DNA from: the human T2T-CHM13v2.0 reference genome, Homo sapiens | Strand: one strand, 5' to 3' | Length of the DNA: 64,000 nt | Assembly (NCBI RefSeq): GCF_009914755.1 | Contig: NC_060932.1 | Shown: piece by piece, positions 1 through 14,803 of the stretch | Position numbering within the stretch: position 1 is the first letter of the stretch | Layout of the letters: each line of letters begins with the position of its first letter | Notes under the pieces: model-generated | Told to the model about the DNA's origin: nothing | Databases searched by the model: none | What the model saw: only the letters and a program-made list of their open reading frames with translations | Made by a program: the position numbers and the translations under genes

Positions 1-479
1 AGGACCTATACAATAAAGCTACAAGAAAAAGAAAAGAAGAGAAACAAGACAAACAAATGACACAGAATCCCTCCCAGAAAATATTGCTATAGGGTAGATA
101 ACATGTTTGACAAAACGTATCATTTTTACAAGTTTTAGAAATCAGTGAAACAATCAACACTGTAAAAGAAATACACAATATAAGAGCTTGGAGATGACAT
201 GGGGAAAAGATACAAGGAGGCAAAACATGAATTACTGCCAAAACTCTGGAAAGAAATAGAAAAGAATTGGAAGCAGCACAGAAAATACACATTTCCTATA
301 ACATGATAATGGACATAGAGAAGAGGAATGAAAATAGTAAAATAAATAAAAATGACTAAGAGTTAAATAAATTGAAAGAGAAAATGGTAGTTACAGAAGA
401 CAAAGAAAATTAATATTTATATAACTAGTGACCCCGAAGAAGATAACCAAAATAACAGAACATATAATATCTAACAAGA
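1..479 (+). mobile_element. Ancient L1 (L1M-type) fragment, ORF1-like region
   Basis: Very A-rich, degenerate L1 ORF1-like sequence (e.g. AATATTTATATAACTAGTGACCCCGAAGAAG); recognised by eye only. Confidence 0.45.
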
Positions 480-905
<426 letters not shown>

Positions 906-1065
906 CTCAGAATTTTCCCCCTTTCTGACACTACCTAGATGAAAGCATTGGTTTGTCGCTGATTTAAGTTTTATTTCATGAGCATAATCATTACCCTTCA
1001 GTAGTCATGGTGATATTTAAAGGATTTTGTTACTTTTATCCAAAAGAAAAATAAATATTTTAAAG

Positions 1066-1362
1066 TTTTTTGTTTTGTTTTGTTTTTTGAGTCTCACTCT
1101 GTTGCCCAGGCTGCAGTTCAGTGGCACAATCTCGGCTCACTGCAGCTTCCACCTCCCGGGTTCAAGCGATTGTCCTGCCTCAGACTCCTGAGGAGCTGAG
1201 ATTACAGGCACAGGCCACCACGCCTGGCTAATTTTGTATTTTTAGTAGAGACAAGGTTTTGCCATGTTGGCCAGGATGGTCTTGAACTCCTGGCCTCAAG
1301 TGATCCCCCTGCCTCAGCCTCCCAAATGCTGGGATTACAGGCATGAGCCACCACACCCAGCT
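1066..1362 (-). mobile_element. AluS
   Basis: Full-length antisense Alu with poly-T head. Confidence 0.93.
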
Positions 1363-3278
1363 TAAAGTATTTTTATATCAAATACTTCTTGCTGTGCAGC
1401 TCCCAACACATTGGATCAATGAAGGGCATTCATTCCCTCAGGAGAACATCAGATACAGCCAAGAACACAGGGGTCAGGGGATGCGAGTGACTAAATGTGT
1501 CCTGGCCCCATACAGCCAGATTGGTTGCAAAGAGGAAAGGTGCCAGGGTGGGTGTGGGATTCCTGAGACCTAAACTGGATCCTGGCTTTCAGACTGGAAA
1601 GATCCCAAGGCATCAGACTCTCCAAAAAGAGAACTGCTTGGGCAGGAAGGAGCTCTAAGGGCTGAATGTGGGACGAGGCAGGGAGAGGACCAGAGGCGGC
1701 CACCTCTCCAGAGTGCCCCTTGACTCCCTGCATCATTGATGGACTCTAGAAACAGCCAAGTGATCCCAGAAATAATCACAAATTATGGTATCTGTCAGGC
1801 ACCATCTCAGGGATAAGGATCTAATGGAAAACACTAAAGGTCCTTGCTCTCATAAAACTTACATTCCAGGAGGTATCAGGCAATAAGCAAGTTACTGAAT
1901 AAACAAACAAGGTCAATTCAGATTGGGAAGGTATTAAATAATGGAATATTACTCAATGATATTAATTGAAGCATCATTTATAACAGAAGCTAAAGTGTCT
2001 ACAAATATGCAACTGGTTATATAATTTATTCCATTCCATGGAATACTGTGAAAATACTAAATTAATTAAAAGACAAGGAAGAACTGTAAGTGTTCATAGG
2101 GAAAGATGTCCAGGATTCACTGTTAGTGAAAAAAGCAGGTTATAGCATAATATGTATATGATAATCCTATTTGGTTTATATTCTAATGCAGTTGTATATG
2201 TATAATGACTAGAAATATATGTACCAAACTACAGACAATGGTTATTTTAGAGGAGTGAGATTATGTTGGGGGTCAATAGCAGGGAAAACTTTTACTTTCT
2301 ACATTATGCACTTCTACATTGTTTGATTTCAAAATAAGCATATACTATTCCCCACCTACCTCCAAAATAGGGGTGGAGGAAGACAGTGGTAGCTCGAAGT
2401 GGCAAGAAAGAACAGCCTGTTTTGCAAACTTCTATTATTTATTTAATTTGACGCTTCAGGTAAATTGAGGCATATTGCATTTCAAGCTATATATCAAGAT
2501 ATAAATGAAAATAAGCACCTTTATGAATTTCATTATCTTAGACACTGTTCTAGAAGTTTCCAAATTATTTCTTACCAGATAAACTTTTTTTTCAATTTTG
2601 TAAAAGATAAAATATGCTTGTTTCTGGAATACAACATGTAAAATTTCATTGATTCTATATATGATATTAATGTATAAAATGCAAAGTTGGTTTTTACCTT
2701 CTACTGTAACTTGGTTTAGAACTTAACTTTGATGAGTGTCCTGTGTCTCTGGATAGAGATCTTAGAAATATTTGATGTGTTTTAGTCCTATACAGAATTC
2801 TAAGTTAAATATTTCAAGATGGCTTTGGTCAGCCAAGCCTGACTGCTGGTATGCAGACATGAGCAAATCACTAAGAAAAATAATTAAAACCCTTACTTTG
2901 GATAGGCAACTTGGAAACCAGCATATCTGTTGAATGTATTAACAATGACTCATAACCACATGAGTTAAATATACTGAGGAATTAAGTGTTTAGCTCATAG
3001 TTCTGGGTGTCCTGAGGCCTGGGATTACTATAACTCCAACAGAAAATAGTGATTGGATTAGATACTGGACTCAACTCCTAACTTCAAGGCCAAGAGTTTG
3101 CTAATAATGTACCCTGTAGGACTTAGACAGGAGGGGAACCTCCCTGCCTCATTCTGCCTTCTGTTTTCCAGGACTCTGTCAGGCAAGAGGGGGAAAATAT
3201 CTTTGCAGCAGGCTGTCGTGTGATTTGGATTATTGCTTCAGATGCGAAGTCCAAAAATCTCAGAACAAAAGGAGTTCT

Positions 3279-3338
3279 GGTGACAAGTTGTAAGGAGAAA
3301 GAAAGTTGTAGGTGACAAGTTGTAAGGAGAAAGTTGTA
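3279..3338. repeat. Short tandem duplication (GGTGACAAGTTGTAAGGAGAAAG x2, 32-nt period)
   Basis: Copies at 3279-3301 and 3311-3333. Confidence 0.85.
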
Positions 3339-3974
3339 TTTCCTCACCGTCTTAGGGGATCCCCAGGAGCCCTCAGTACAATGCAACTTGTATCTGGGCC
3401 TTCTCCAGCAGTGGAAGCAGCAGACAGGTGTCTGCTAGCAATCTGTCATCTTCTCTTTCTGCATGCTCCTGACCTTGGGAGTCACAGCTCTGCAATGGGA
3501 ACACTCCAGAGCACTGGGCCTCCAGGGACAAACTACTCTCTGGAAAGGAGCTGATGTGCTTGCTCACCTTAAACTGTAAATGCTGTTGGGGTGTAATCTT
3601 CCCAGATACATGGAAAAAAACCCATAGAATTTTGCTAAGTTAGAAAAAGAAAAAACTACTAATACATGCAACAATGGATGAATCTCAAAAATATTACGCC
3701 AAGCAAAGGAAACCAGACACAATGTGCACACAAAAAGCACATCATCCAGAAGTGGGCGAGTGACAGCTTAGCCTGGGAAGGATCATATGGTTGTATAGGC
3801 ATGTCTATCATCTCTCCATAAAATGTGTGGGCCTATGTCATCTATTTGGGCTTCACCAAAAGTTCTGAGGAAAAAGGAACAGTCATCTTTAACATATCTG
3901 TGTCCTCAACCAAAAGCTGTCAATTGCCAACTCAATATCCATTCCCCCATTTTTTTTCATTGCAAAACTCCAAT

Positions 3975-4475
3975 TTCTTCAAGTAGGAATTCTATTCTAC
4001 ATGGGGAAATTAGTCCCAGGAGCCCAGGAGACTTGATTTGTCTAAGTCTATTGTGGTTATCTCATTCACGGGATTAAGAATTATTTTAGGGCTGAGTACG
4101 TGGCCTCCTTCTAGCCAATGAAATGTGTATAGAGCAGGGGGCTCCTGAGACAGATTCTCTTCCTCAAGAAAGAAATAATGCAAGAGATGGTCCTCTTATT
4201 CCTCTAGACATTGTTGCATCCATCAGGGACACCTGAGTCAGCTGTCTCCCAGGGAGGATGATAGTGTGAGGACAAAGCCAGAATCTTAAAGTGGCAGAAC
4301 CTAAAGATGGAAAAAAACTTGAATCCTTGACGATGCGGTTGAGCTCCGAGTTAATTCAACCCAGAGCAGCCCTCCTTATGAACTTCTTGTTAAAATAGAA
4401 AATAAATTTCCTTATCGTTTAAGTCATACTGAGTTGGAGTTTATATTACACGCTGCTGACAGCACCTTAACTGAT
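3975..4475 (+). mobile_element. Old MaLR LTR (MLT1-type)
   Basis: MLT1-like 3' end AATAAATTTCCTTATCGTTTAAGTCA...CCTTAACTGAT. Confidence 0.55.
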
Positions 4476-4580
4476 TTAAAAATCAAATTTTTGGGGGGTG
4501 ATGCATATTTGCCAATATAGTGTCTATCACATAAAAGACACTCAGTCAATGTTTTTTGAAATATTATAAGAAATGTATAT

Positions 4581-4876
4581 GGCTTGGCACGTGGCTCATG
4601 CTTGTAATCCCAGCACTTTGGGAGGCCAAAGCAGGCAGATGACTTGAGGTCAGGTGCTCAAGACCAGCCTGGCCAACACAGTGAAACCCCATCTCTACTA
4701 AAAATACAAAAATTAGCCAGGCATGGTGGCACACACCTATAACCCCAGCTACTTCGGAGTCTGAGGCAGAAGAATTGCTTGAACCTGGGAGACAGAGGTT
4801 GCAGTGAGCTGAGATAGCTCAACTGCACTCCAGTCTGGGCGACAGAGTGAGACTCTGCCAAAAAAAAAAAAAAAAA
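4581..4876 (+). mobile_element. AluS
   Basis: Full-length Alu with A-tail. Confidence 0.93.
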
Positions 4877-5040
4877 GTATATATCAGACACTTTGATAAC
4901 TACAGATACATCATTCCACCCAAATAAGTCTGAATTTGAGCTTATTTATACTGCAAAATGAGTAAAAAAGTAAGAGGACATGTAGGATTTATGTGGAGTG
5001 AGGCCATCTGGGAATCACTGATGGTCAGGTGTATCAGGGA

Positions 5041-5187
5041 GCCAGGCACAGTGGCTCGTGCCTGCAGTATCAGCTACTCAGGAGGCTAAAGCAGGAAGAT
5101 AGTGTGAGCCCAGGAGTTTGAGGCTGCACTGAGCTATGATCACGCCATTCCACTCCAGCCTGGGTGACAGAGAGAGACTCTGTCTCC
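5041..5187 (+). mobile_element. Alu monomer (FLAM/FRAM-like)
   Basis: Single Alu arm; tail replaced by an STR. Confidence 0.8.
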
Positions 5188-5280
<93 letters not shown>

Positions 5281-5292
5281 GGCAGACAGACA
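5188..5292. repeat. Compound tetranucleotide STR (AGAT)n(AGAC)n
   Basis: Directly visible; occupies the tail position of the Alu monomer. Confidence 0.97.
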
Positions 5293-5729
5293 AATGAATG
5301 TAGCAGGGAAAGTAACAGAAAAACCATCTGGCTGGGGAAATGTGATTTATAACTACAGGAACTTCAACCTTCGGTATGAAATCCTTGAAAATTCTGCTGT
5401 AAACATGAGGGAATGATGGCAAGGCAGGATAAGTGACAAGCTGCAAGCTTTTCTGAATCTGAAGTCTCGTTAAGATTAATCAGATACTGAGCCTCTAGAA
5501 CAAAAGTTTGGAAGCTTTTTGTTATGCCCTGAGTTCCTCTACTCTTCTGTACTTAGATAAATCTCACTCCATACAGATCTGCTTTGCATATTGCCACAGC
5601 CAAAGCGATTTTTACAGTGAAGGTGATGGCAATTCCAGTAAGCCTTTGTTCAAAAGATTACCCAGAGCCATGGTTTCGTGGGGACCTTAATCAACACTGT
5701 ACTATTCCACCCAATCATCCCCATTGATT

Positions 5730-5995
5730 TAAAATGGACTTTATTTTCTTAGAGCAGTTTTAGGTTCACAGCAAAGTTGAGCAGATGATGCAGAGAATTC
5801 TGAAATCCTCCCTTGCCCCTACTGTCAACATCCACCACCAGAGTGGGGCATGTATAGCGAATGATGAGCCTATATTGATGCATCATTATCATCCAAAGCC
5901 CATGGTGTACATCAGGGTTTACTCTTCATGCACTTGGCAAATGTATAATGACATATATCCACCATTTTAGTATGGTACAGAGTAGTTTTGATGTC
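5730..5995 (-). mobile_element. Old L1M 3'-end fragment
   Basis: TTTTAGGTTCACAGCAAAGTTGAGCAGA motif typical of antisense L1MB/MC 3' ends. Confidence 0.55.
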
Positions 5996-8096
5996 TTGTT
6001 GATAAGCTTATAAAATGCATATGCATTTCATTTGTACTGGTGTAGTTAACTACAGCAGGCAGAATAGAAGAGGGAATGGAACAATCACCTTACACCACTT
6101 TCAAACAGATAAACTGGTGGAGGACTCTATAAGTGAAGATTTATCACAAGAATTGAGCCTTTCTTTTTTAGTGTACAAACAAAGAACACACCACTGGAAA
6201 TAAAGACCAGTATGGAAACAAACAACCAGTGAACTGAAGTGCAATAATGATGATGATTATAGAGGTACGGTAGCAATCATGAAGAGCAATTTGAAATAAA
6301 TGCCTAATAATTGAGTTTCTGCTAAATAGCCAATACTCCAGGAACTTAAAGACATACTGAATCTAGGAAAAGAATCTGAGCATTGTGAGAATCTGAGCCT
6401 AAGTTTCATCTGAGGAATTAGCAAGAGATAACAAACTGCTTGTGGAAATGACTAACCAGAAAATCCAGTGTGTCAGTGACATTTTCCAGACATACACAAG
6501 GCTTCTTAGTAAGAGGGGCCCCACACATGATCCTCCAAAGAGAAAAAAAAGCACATTCCATCAAGAGTATTGTAGAATCCTGCGGAGACAGGAAGCAAAC
6601 ATAATACGGACAATCCACTGAGTAAGTGGGGAAGTTTGCAAAGTTTCTTGGATTTTGCACAAAATATTTATAAAAATCTTCTCTGGAACATTCCATTGCA
6701 ACCACAAATAAGCTGGGGCTACTTACCTAAAAACAGAGCTGGGTTCTGTGATTAGCTTTTGTGTGCTAGAAAAACTATTGGTACAAGAAGAGAGTGGGTA
6801 TCATGGGTTAACATCTATGAATGGCTCTTGATGATACATCCTTCAAACCTGGGGATTTATTTCCCCTGGTGCTTTATCCTAAGCCCAACTCCTGGAGGTC
6901 TCTCATTTCCAAAAGACAACTAGAGCTGAAAAAACTGGTAGGAGGTTGGGTAAACAAGCTAAAGACTTTGTTGTGGTTGACAGGAAAGGGAAAATGGTAA
7001 GAGGGTCACTGCTGAGTAAGACTATGTTCCGTGGCAGACACTCTTGTGTGCTCAGCAGTCAATCACCATGCCACCACTCACCCTTCTTTTTTGCTATAAA
7101 ACCCAAATGTTGTTCATTATCCTCCAGGTGGCCATGTCCTTCAGGGGAGACACTGTCTCTTTCTAGCCTCATGGGGTTAATATCCCTTGCCAAGTGACTT
7201 GTTTTAGGAAACAGGCATGTGAGACAATCTTGGCCAATGAGACTGGAGGGAAGCCTTCAGGGAGGACTCTGGGAAGAATTTTCCCACTCTTGAAAGGGAA
7301 CACACAAAGGACCCTTTCATGTGTGGGAAGGTCAAGAAGGAGGAAAAGCATGCTGTGGACAAAGGCTAATGGCAAGGAGACGGGCAGGAGAAGAACAGCA
7401 TCAGGGTGCCAAGAAAATCAATGAACTTCAAAGCCCAAGAGATCACCAAAGATTCAGGAGACGATGCAGTGCCAAAGTCTCAGGCTGAGGAACAGAATCA
7501 ATAGTCCAAGAATCTGGGAAGACCAACAGGTGCTTCACAGGGTGACACTTACTTCTGATCTCATACTAAGGATATTTGTTCTCTGTTGTGAGTTTAACTC
7601 CATTGCACAGGTGTGTGTGGGCTCAGCTGCGTATGTGAGGTAAAGGAGAATCTGAGTTATTCCCACGTGGGTGGATCTTGATCACAGCACAGACTAAGGT
7701 TCTGCTCCTATCACAGGGCCCTCTCCCTGTTTTTCTCCTACTTCTCTGGCATCTTCAATGGAGCTCTTTCCTTCTTCTGCCCATCTCATAGTCATCTGTT
7801 CTCAAAATATGGCCCAGGAACCCTTGGGTGTCCCTTGGGCACTTTCAGGGAGAATGTGACAATCAAAACTATTTTCATAATAATACCAAGGTGTTATTTG
7901 CTATTTTCACTCTCCTCGTCTTACACATCCGATAGTAGAATTTCCAAGAAATATGATGTGACTTTTTTTTGTTTTGAAAATATTGCTTTTTAAATTAAAA
8001 CCTGTTATTTATTCTAACAGATAATGGGTTAATTACTGCTATCTTAAAATGAACTAAAAAATAATTTTTAAATTTCTCAGTTTCAATTTCTATTGC

Positions 8097-8452
8097 ATGG
8101 TTCCTTGATTAGCACCGTCAGAGCTTATTAGAAATGCAGAATCTTGAGCCAGGTGCAGTGACATGCACCTGCAGTCCCAGCGACTGGGGAGGCTGAGGCA
8201 AGAGGATCACTGAAGCCCCGGAGTTTGTGGCTGTAGTCTGCTATGATTGCAACTGTGAATAGCCACTGCACTCCAGCCTGGGCAACATATCTATACCTTG
8301 TTTCTTAAAATAAAAAATAAATAAATAAATGCAGATTCTTGGGCCCCTTCCCAGAACTATTAACTCAGAAGCCCTGGAGGTGGGGCCCAGCAATCCTGTT
8401 TCACAAGCCCTCTGGGGGATGCTCATGCACATGGAAGTTTAAGAACCTCTGC
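8097..8452. mobile_element. MER5A (hAT-Charlie) interrupted by an Alu monomer at 8147-8326
   Basis: AGAAATGCAGAATCTTG...TTTAAGAACCTCTG; Alu TSD AAATGCAGA(A/T)TCTTG at 8132-8146 and 8327-8341. Confidence 0.8.
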
Positions 8453-8562
8453 TGTCATACACCAGTCCCCCAACATTTCTCCAAGGTGAGCAGAAACACA
8501 TTCCTGAGTCTTCTGAACACAAGTCCCCGAGAAGCCGTGGCTCCCACATGGGTTATGCAACT

Positions 8563-8970
8563 GTGTTAGGATACTAGGGCTGTCAATAACAAAATACCTC
8601 AGACTGGGTGGCTTAAACAACAGAAATTTCTTTCCTACAGTTCTGGATGCTCAAACTCTGAGATGAAGGTGTCGGTAGGTTTGGTGTTACCTGAAGCCTC
8701 TCTCCTTGGCTTGCAGGCAACTGCCTTCTCCCTGGAGCATCACATGGTTTTTTCTCTGTGCAGGTGCATCTCTGGTATTTCTCTGTGTGTCCAAAGTTCC
8801 TCTTCTTATAAGAACACCAGTCATATTGGACTAGGCCCACCCTAGTGACCTCATTTTAACTGAATCATCACTTTAAATGCCCCATCTCCAAATACAATCA
8901 TGCTCTGAGGTTCTGGGGGTTAGAGCTTTAACATATCCACATTTGAGGAGACAAAATTAAGCCCATAACA
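8563..8970 (-). mobile_element. MLT1 (MaLR) solo LTR
   Basis: CAGACTGGGTGGCTTAAACAACAGAAATTT...AAGCCCATAACA. Confidence 0.85.
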
Positions 8971-9965
8971 GCGTCTAACTGTTAATAAAAAATTTTATTT
9001 ACACTATTGGTGTGGGAGCATCCAAGAAAGCTGATAGGCTCTAGAAACTGAGGCTTCAGAAACATCCTGCTCAGAAATTGCCCTCCTGTCTAGTCACAGA
9101 GTACTTATGTTTACTGTTTGACTTGTTAAAATGCAAATATTCCTAGGAAGCATTCACTGAAACACCAACTGCTTTCCCCATATAATCATGTTGCATTCTC
9201 TCCGGCTGAGATTAGGTCTAAGGAACTAGGAATTCAGGCCCGATGTGAGCTGTAAAGTACAACAAAGTCAGTAATCCATGATGGCAATTTGGAGATGGGT
9301 GGAGAGACACAGACGCTATGGAGGGGATTCCTGGGGGGAAGGTGGGTCTATTTGGGCTCATTGCTTAGATCACTGTGGAGCAGGAGAAAGGGAAGTGGTG
9401 AAGGGCAGTTGGCTTGGATTTTCTGAGTGTTTCTGCAGAAGGGTAAGGAGAGTGAGAGCAGGCACATAATGAATGGTTACAATCGGCATTCAGAAGGAGA
9501 GGTCGAGGGGAAAGTGAGTGTTACGTACAGTGATGGCCCCTACTATCATTGGCGGGGTCAGTTAATCACCCTGCTCCCAGATTCTAAAACGGATGGGAAG
9601 AAAATGTCAGTTTATTAATGGTAAAGCAGGCTTATACAATGCAGCTTGGACAAAAGCCAGCCTCCTGAAGCACCTGCTGCTCCCAAACATTGCTGCAAAC
9701 CCAGCCTCAATATGTCAGATAATTGGCCAAACCCACTGGAAGTGATGGTGACAGGAGCACAATAAATAGGCCCAAATCTTCACCATCTGCTCTGCCACTT
9801 CATCACAGTCCTTCCCCATGGACAGACTACTAGATTTCCTTTTTTGCTTCTCCATCTCCTTTCTCCACAAAAGATGCTTAAACCAGGCCCTGCATGTCTC
9901 CAAGCACCACAGTTCTAGGATATAGTTGAACATTACATAACATGTGCATTTCCAGACAAGACTAG

Positions 9966-10351
<386 letters not shown>

Positions 10352-11124
10352 TAAACACATTTACTAAACTTCCCTCATCCCAGAACTATAACATAATTTG
10401 CACATTGGTTTGTATCCATACTAAAATGCCACACTTCCGTATTCGGGTATCTGCCCTCTAGGATGAGGCATAAGAAATAAGTCAAGCTACTTAGCCTCAG
10501 TGTACCTTCCGGCCCTGTCTTCCTCAGCTACCCTGCTTGGCTTGGTGGTCATCTCTATGTTGATGAGTCCTCCACCAAGCTTCAGAACTGTCTTTCCAAC
10601 TGCCTATAGGACAGCTTTCTCAGATGTACCTCAGGCACCTTCAACCAAAAAGGTCCAAGATTGCATTTGTTTATTTATGCCCTGAAAATTGTTCCTTTTG
10701 CTATACTTTATATCCCAATTTATGATCACAATCCATGGATTGTCCCCTAAGCTAGAAATCCAGAGAGGGGAGAAGAATCACTGTGGTCTTCTCACTCTGA
10801 TTGCATTTCCTAGATTTTTCTCACCACCCAGCTCAGTTCCTTGTCATCTCTAACCTCTATTAGTGGGCCCCAATCTCTTTTCTCCCAAGAAACAAATATT
10901 CATGCATCATCACAGCAGATGTGTGCAGGGCACTCTATGGCCATCAACATGCAGCACTGATGAAACAGACTTCAGATCGTGGGCAGTTTCCAGGCCCTGC
11001 AGGAACCAGAGACCATCCTCAGACTGATCAGACACAGCACTGTGGCTGAGAGCCACTGGCTTGCATGACAGCAATAGCTTTCTAAATGATCTTCCTGGAT
11101 ACAACGTGGATCCCTCAAGTCCTG

Positions 11125-11752
11125 CCTCTCCATGCAGCCAGAAGTTTCTGCCTAAACAAACCTGACCAGGCCAGTCCTAGTTAACAACCACCCAAAACTT
11201 CCAACAGACTCCAGGACAAAACCAGTCACCTTCCCAGGGAACACAGAGCTCACCATGCACTGACCCCCGCTACCCCCTCCAGCCTCATTTCTGGACACTC
11301 TCTGCCTTGCACCATAAGCTCTGGCAACCCCAGCTGTACAGCTTCTTGAATGTGGTGGGGCTGTTCCCTGCCATTCCTCATACTGCCACCTTAACCAAAT
11401 GCCCTTCCTTTCATTACTCTCCATGTTGATTCCCCCAAATCCCAGTATCTGCCCTTTGCCTGGCTAACTCCAACCTGCTATTTATAATGGCCAGGTATTA
11501 CCTCCTACAGGAAGCCTTCCATGGCCTCTTCCTCTCTTCAATCTCCCCAACTCGGGCAACCTATACTCACTTTTACCATGGCACCAATCACCCTGTTCTG
11601 CACTCACCACATTAGAAATCTTTCTTTCTAAGCACAGAGCTCTTTGAGGACAGAGACCATGTCTTTCTCTTATCATCTTTCCTCAGTGCCTAGCACAGGA
11701 ACCTAATGCATAGCAGGTGCTCCATAAATGTTAGCTGAGTGAATGAATGAAT
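11125..11752 (+). mobile_element. L2 3' region
   Basis: GCCTAGCACAGGAACCTAATGCATAGCAGGTGCTCCATAAATGTT followed by a (GAAT)n tail. Confidence 0.75.
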
Positions 11753-12736
11753 GACTTCCAGGAATAACGGAGAAACCTCATGTGACAGAGTTAACAGGGC
11801 ACCATATATTAGAGGCAGTCCAAAGTGCAGGAGGTGATTTACATCGTTGCCAGGTAAGGCAGGGCTGGGGGTGGGGGGAGGGGTGTGGGATAGCCTCACA
11901 ATGAAATGTCCTGCAATAAAATCGAGAAAAAAGTGGAGTGCCTAATCCCTGCTTTTTAAAGTATGGGGTCTGTCCCCCACAGCCTTGCCACTCTTAAACT
12001 GTCCGTGATTCAAGACTGTTTTGAGACTAGGCATTCATTTTCAGTCCCTGAGACATGTACTACCTACCAAGCTCAGTTTCCGGGAGTTAAACATTGCCCT
12101 CTCATATCCTATTTCTAGAATATAATCTTTATCTTCCAAGATCAACCACAATTGCCATATGCAAACTACCCTCAAATAGGGGGCCTCACAGAGGTACCGC
12201 TGCACATTTAGACAGTACCTGTGTTCCTGCCTACTCACCACCAGGGCAACTGGACTATTATCACAATGCAAACATCAGCCCAAAAAGCTCGCTTCCACTC
12301 TTGGCACTTCCTGGAACGCAGCAGATCATCTCAGGAAGGTTACACCATCCCCTTGAGCACAACAGACCAAGGCTTTTCTCTCCCTTCTGTGACTGCCCTT
12401 CAGGTTTTTGCGCCTTGCTTCCCTTAGCTAGGCTTCTCCATTTTTTCAACAATTCCTTCTTTTGAGACGGTTTCTAAACCCCTTCACAATCATGCTCACT
12501 TTACTTAGAAGCATTCCTGTGCTGTATTCACAAAATGTTGCTCTTAAACTCTGTTGTCTGGAGTAGAACCCAGTACTGGAGAGCTGCTCTTAAGCATGCA
12601 CAACAGTTTACATCTGTCAGTGCACTTATTTATTATAGTGGTTATAATGCCACTAAGATTGCCTTGGTTTTCAGTAGCCATATCAGCCCAGCCTTGATAA
12701 TTGTAAATATGGAGCAGTATAATCATAATTAAGCCA

Positions 12737-13036
12737 GGCCAGGCGCGGTGGTACACACCTGTAATCTGAGCAGTTTGGGAGGCTAAGGCCAGCAGATCAC
12801 CTGAGATCAGGAGTTTGAGACCAGCCTGGCTAACACGGTGAAACCCCATCTCTACTTAACAAATACAAAAAATTAGCTGGGCATGGTGGTGTGCGCCTGT
12901 AGTCCCAGCTATTCGGAAGGCTGAGGCATAAGAATCACTTGAACCAAGAGGCAGAGGTTGCAGTGAGCTGAGATCATGCTCCTGTACTCCAGCCTGGGCG
13001 ACAGACTGAGACTCTGTCTCAAAAATGAAAAAAAAA
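12737..13036 (+). mobile_element. AluS
   Basis: Full-length Alu. Confidence 0.93.
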
Positions 13037-13827
13037 GATAATTAGAGTAGAAATGCAGGATTTTGTCTTTGTCTATGTGCATGAATATGGGGTGGCAAGG
13101 CAGGGTGACTGGGAGGTAGCCCAGGAATGTTATATTCCAGCCATAAACTTGAAATGTTGTCAGACACTTAATATAGGGTTACCAAGATGCAGAGATTCCT
13201 GGAGACATATTAAGCAGATGCTGAGGATATACCCCGGCTCTTAGAAGAATTCTACCTGAAAGAAAAGGTAGAAAGGAGTAAGGCAAGGGTGCAAATTTCC
13301 TGTGATACCCAAGGGAGCAATCACCTTAACAATTAAGGCCCATGCCAAGCACTCCAGTTATCTGATGAAGAAATTTTACCATGAAACCATGAAGGGGTAG
13401 AGCCCCACGTCATCCCGTCTTACCCCTAGCATGACAGTCACATACAACTGGTGGTAGCATCTAACCTGGTGCATTTAAACCCCAAAAGAAAATTTGTATA
13501 TAGCTGGGATTAGTAGATGTGTATATCTGTTTAATGGATACATGAGAATTTTTATTATCTCTCATTTTTCAATTTCCAGTGATTTTCTTCTGTATAAGAA
13601 TTCATTGGTTTTCACTTAGCTAGTGAGTAATTCAATATCTGCATGCTTCCCCCTCCCCATTATACCCTCATCTATTCAGCTGATATTTTTCTTGCTTTGG
13701 AGCATGCAGCTAGAGCATTATATTGCTATCTCTTCTAGCTTTGGGTCATCTATAAATTTTGAAGCATGCTTTTCTATACAGTCCATAAATTAAGGGATCA
13801 ACAGTGTCCACAAAAATAGGAATCATT

Positions 13828-14144
<317 letters not shown>

Positions 14145-14421
14145 TCATTAACTAGCCAAGAGTTAGAAGGAAAAGGTGACAGGAGGATGTTTCTGATAAC
14201 TCTGATAATACTACCATAGCATCTGATAATATTGCCAATGGATTATTTTCAAATCACAGTAAAGAACATGGGAAGGGAGTTTGCCTAGACTTAATTTTAA
14301 TTTTCTACACAGTGGTTAGCAAGTCTTCACAACCAGTAATCTCTTTGCCATATTGACAATGAATTATTCCATTATCTCTTGTTTTGTTCTTTGAATAGTT
14401 ACCAATTTCTTGTTTCGTATG

Positions 14422-14803
14422 TGTATTAGTCCATTCTCACGCTGCTATAAATACCTGAAACTGGGTAATTTATAAAGAAAAAAAGGCTTAATTGGCTCAC
14501 GGTTCCACAGACTGTACAGGAAGTATGTATGGCTGGGGAGGCCTGAGGAAACTTCCAATCATGGCGGAAGGGGAAGCAGGCATGTCCTACATGGCCGGAG
14601 CAGGAGGAAGAGAGTAAAGGAGGAAAAGCTACACACTTGTATTAAACAACCAGATCTCTTGAGAACTCACTCACTATCACCAGAACAGCAACAGGACAAT
14701 CAGACCCCATGATCCAATCACCTCCCACCAGGACCCTCCTCCAGAATTCGGGGTTACAATTCAACATGAGGTTTGGGTGGGGGCACAAATCCAAACCATA
14801 TCG
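14422..14803 (-). mobile_element. MSTA/MSTB (MaLR) solo LTR
   Basis: TGTATTAGTCCATTCTCACGCTGC...CAAACCATATC; 5-bp TSD GTATG/GTATC. Confidence 0.9.

Noticed and set aside
3279-3338. Repeat-spacer (CRISPR-like) array
   Set aside because: Only two copies with no unique spacer; a simple slippage duplication in eukaryotic DNA.
5070-5446. ORFs with CLSV/YLSI repeats
   Set aside because: Translations of the AGAT/AGAC STR and the Alu arm.
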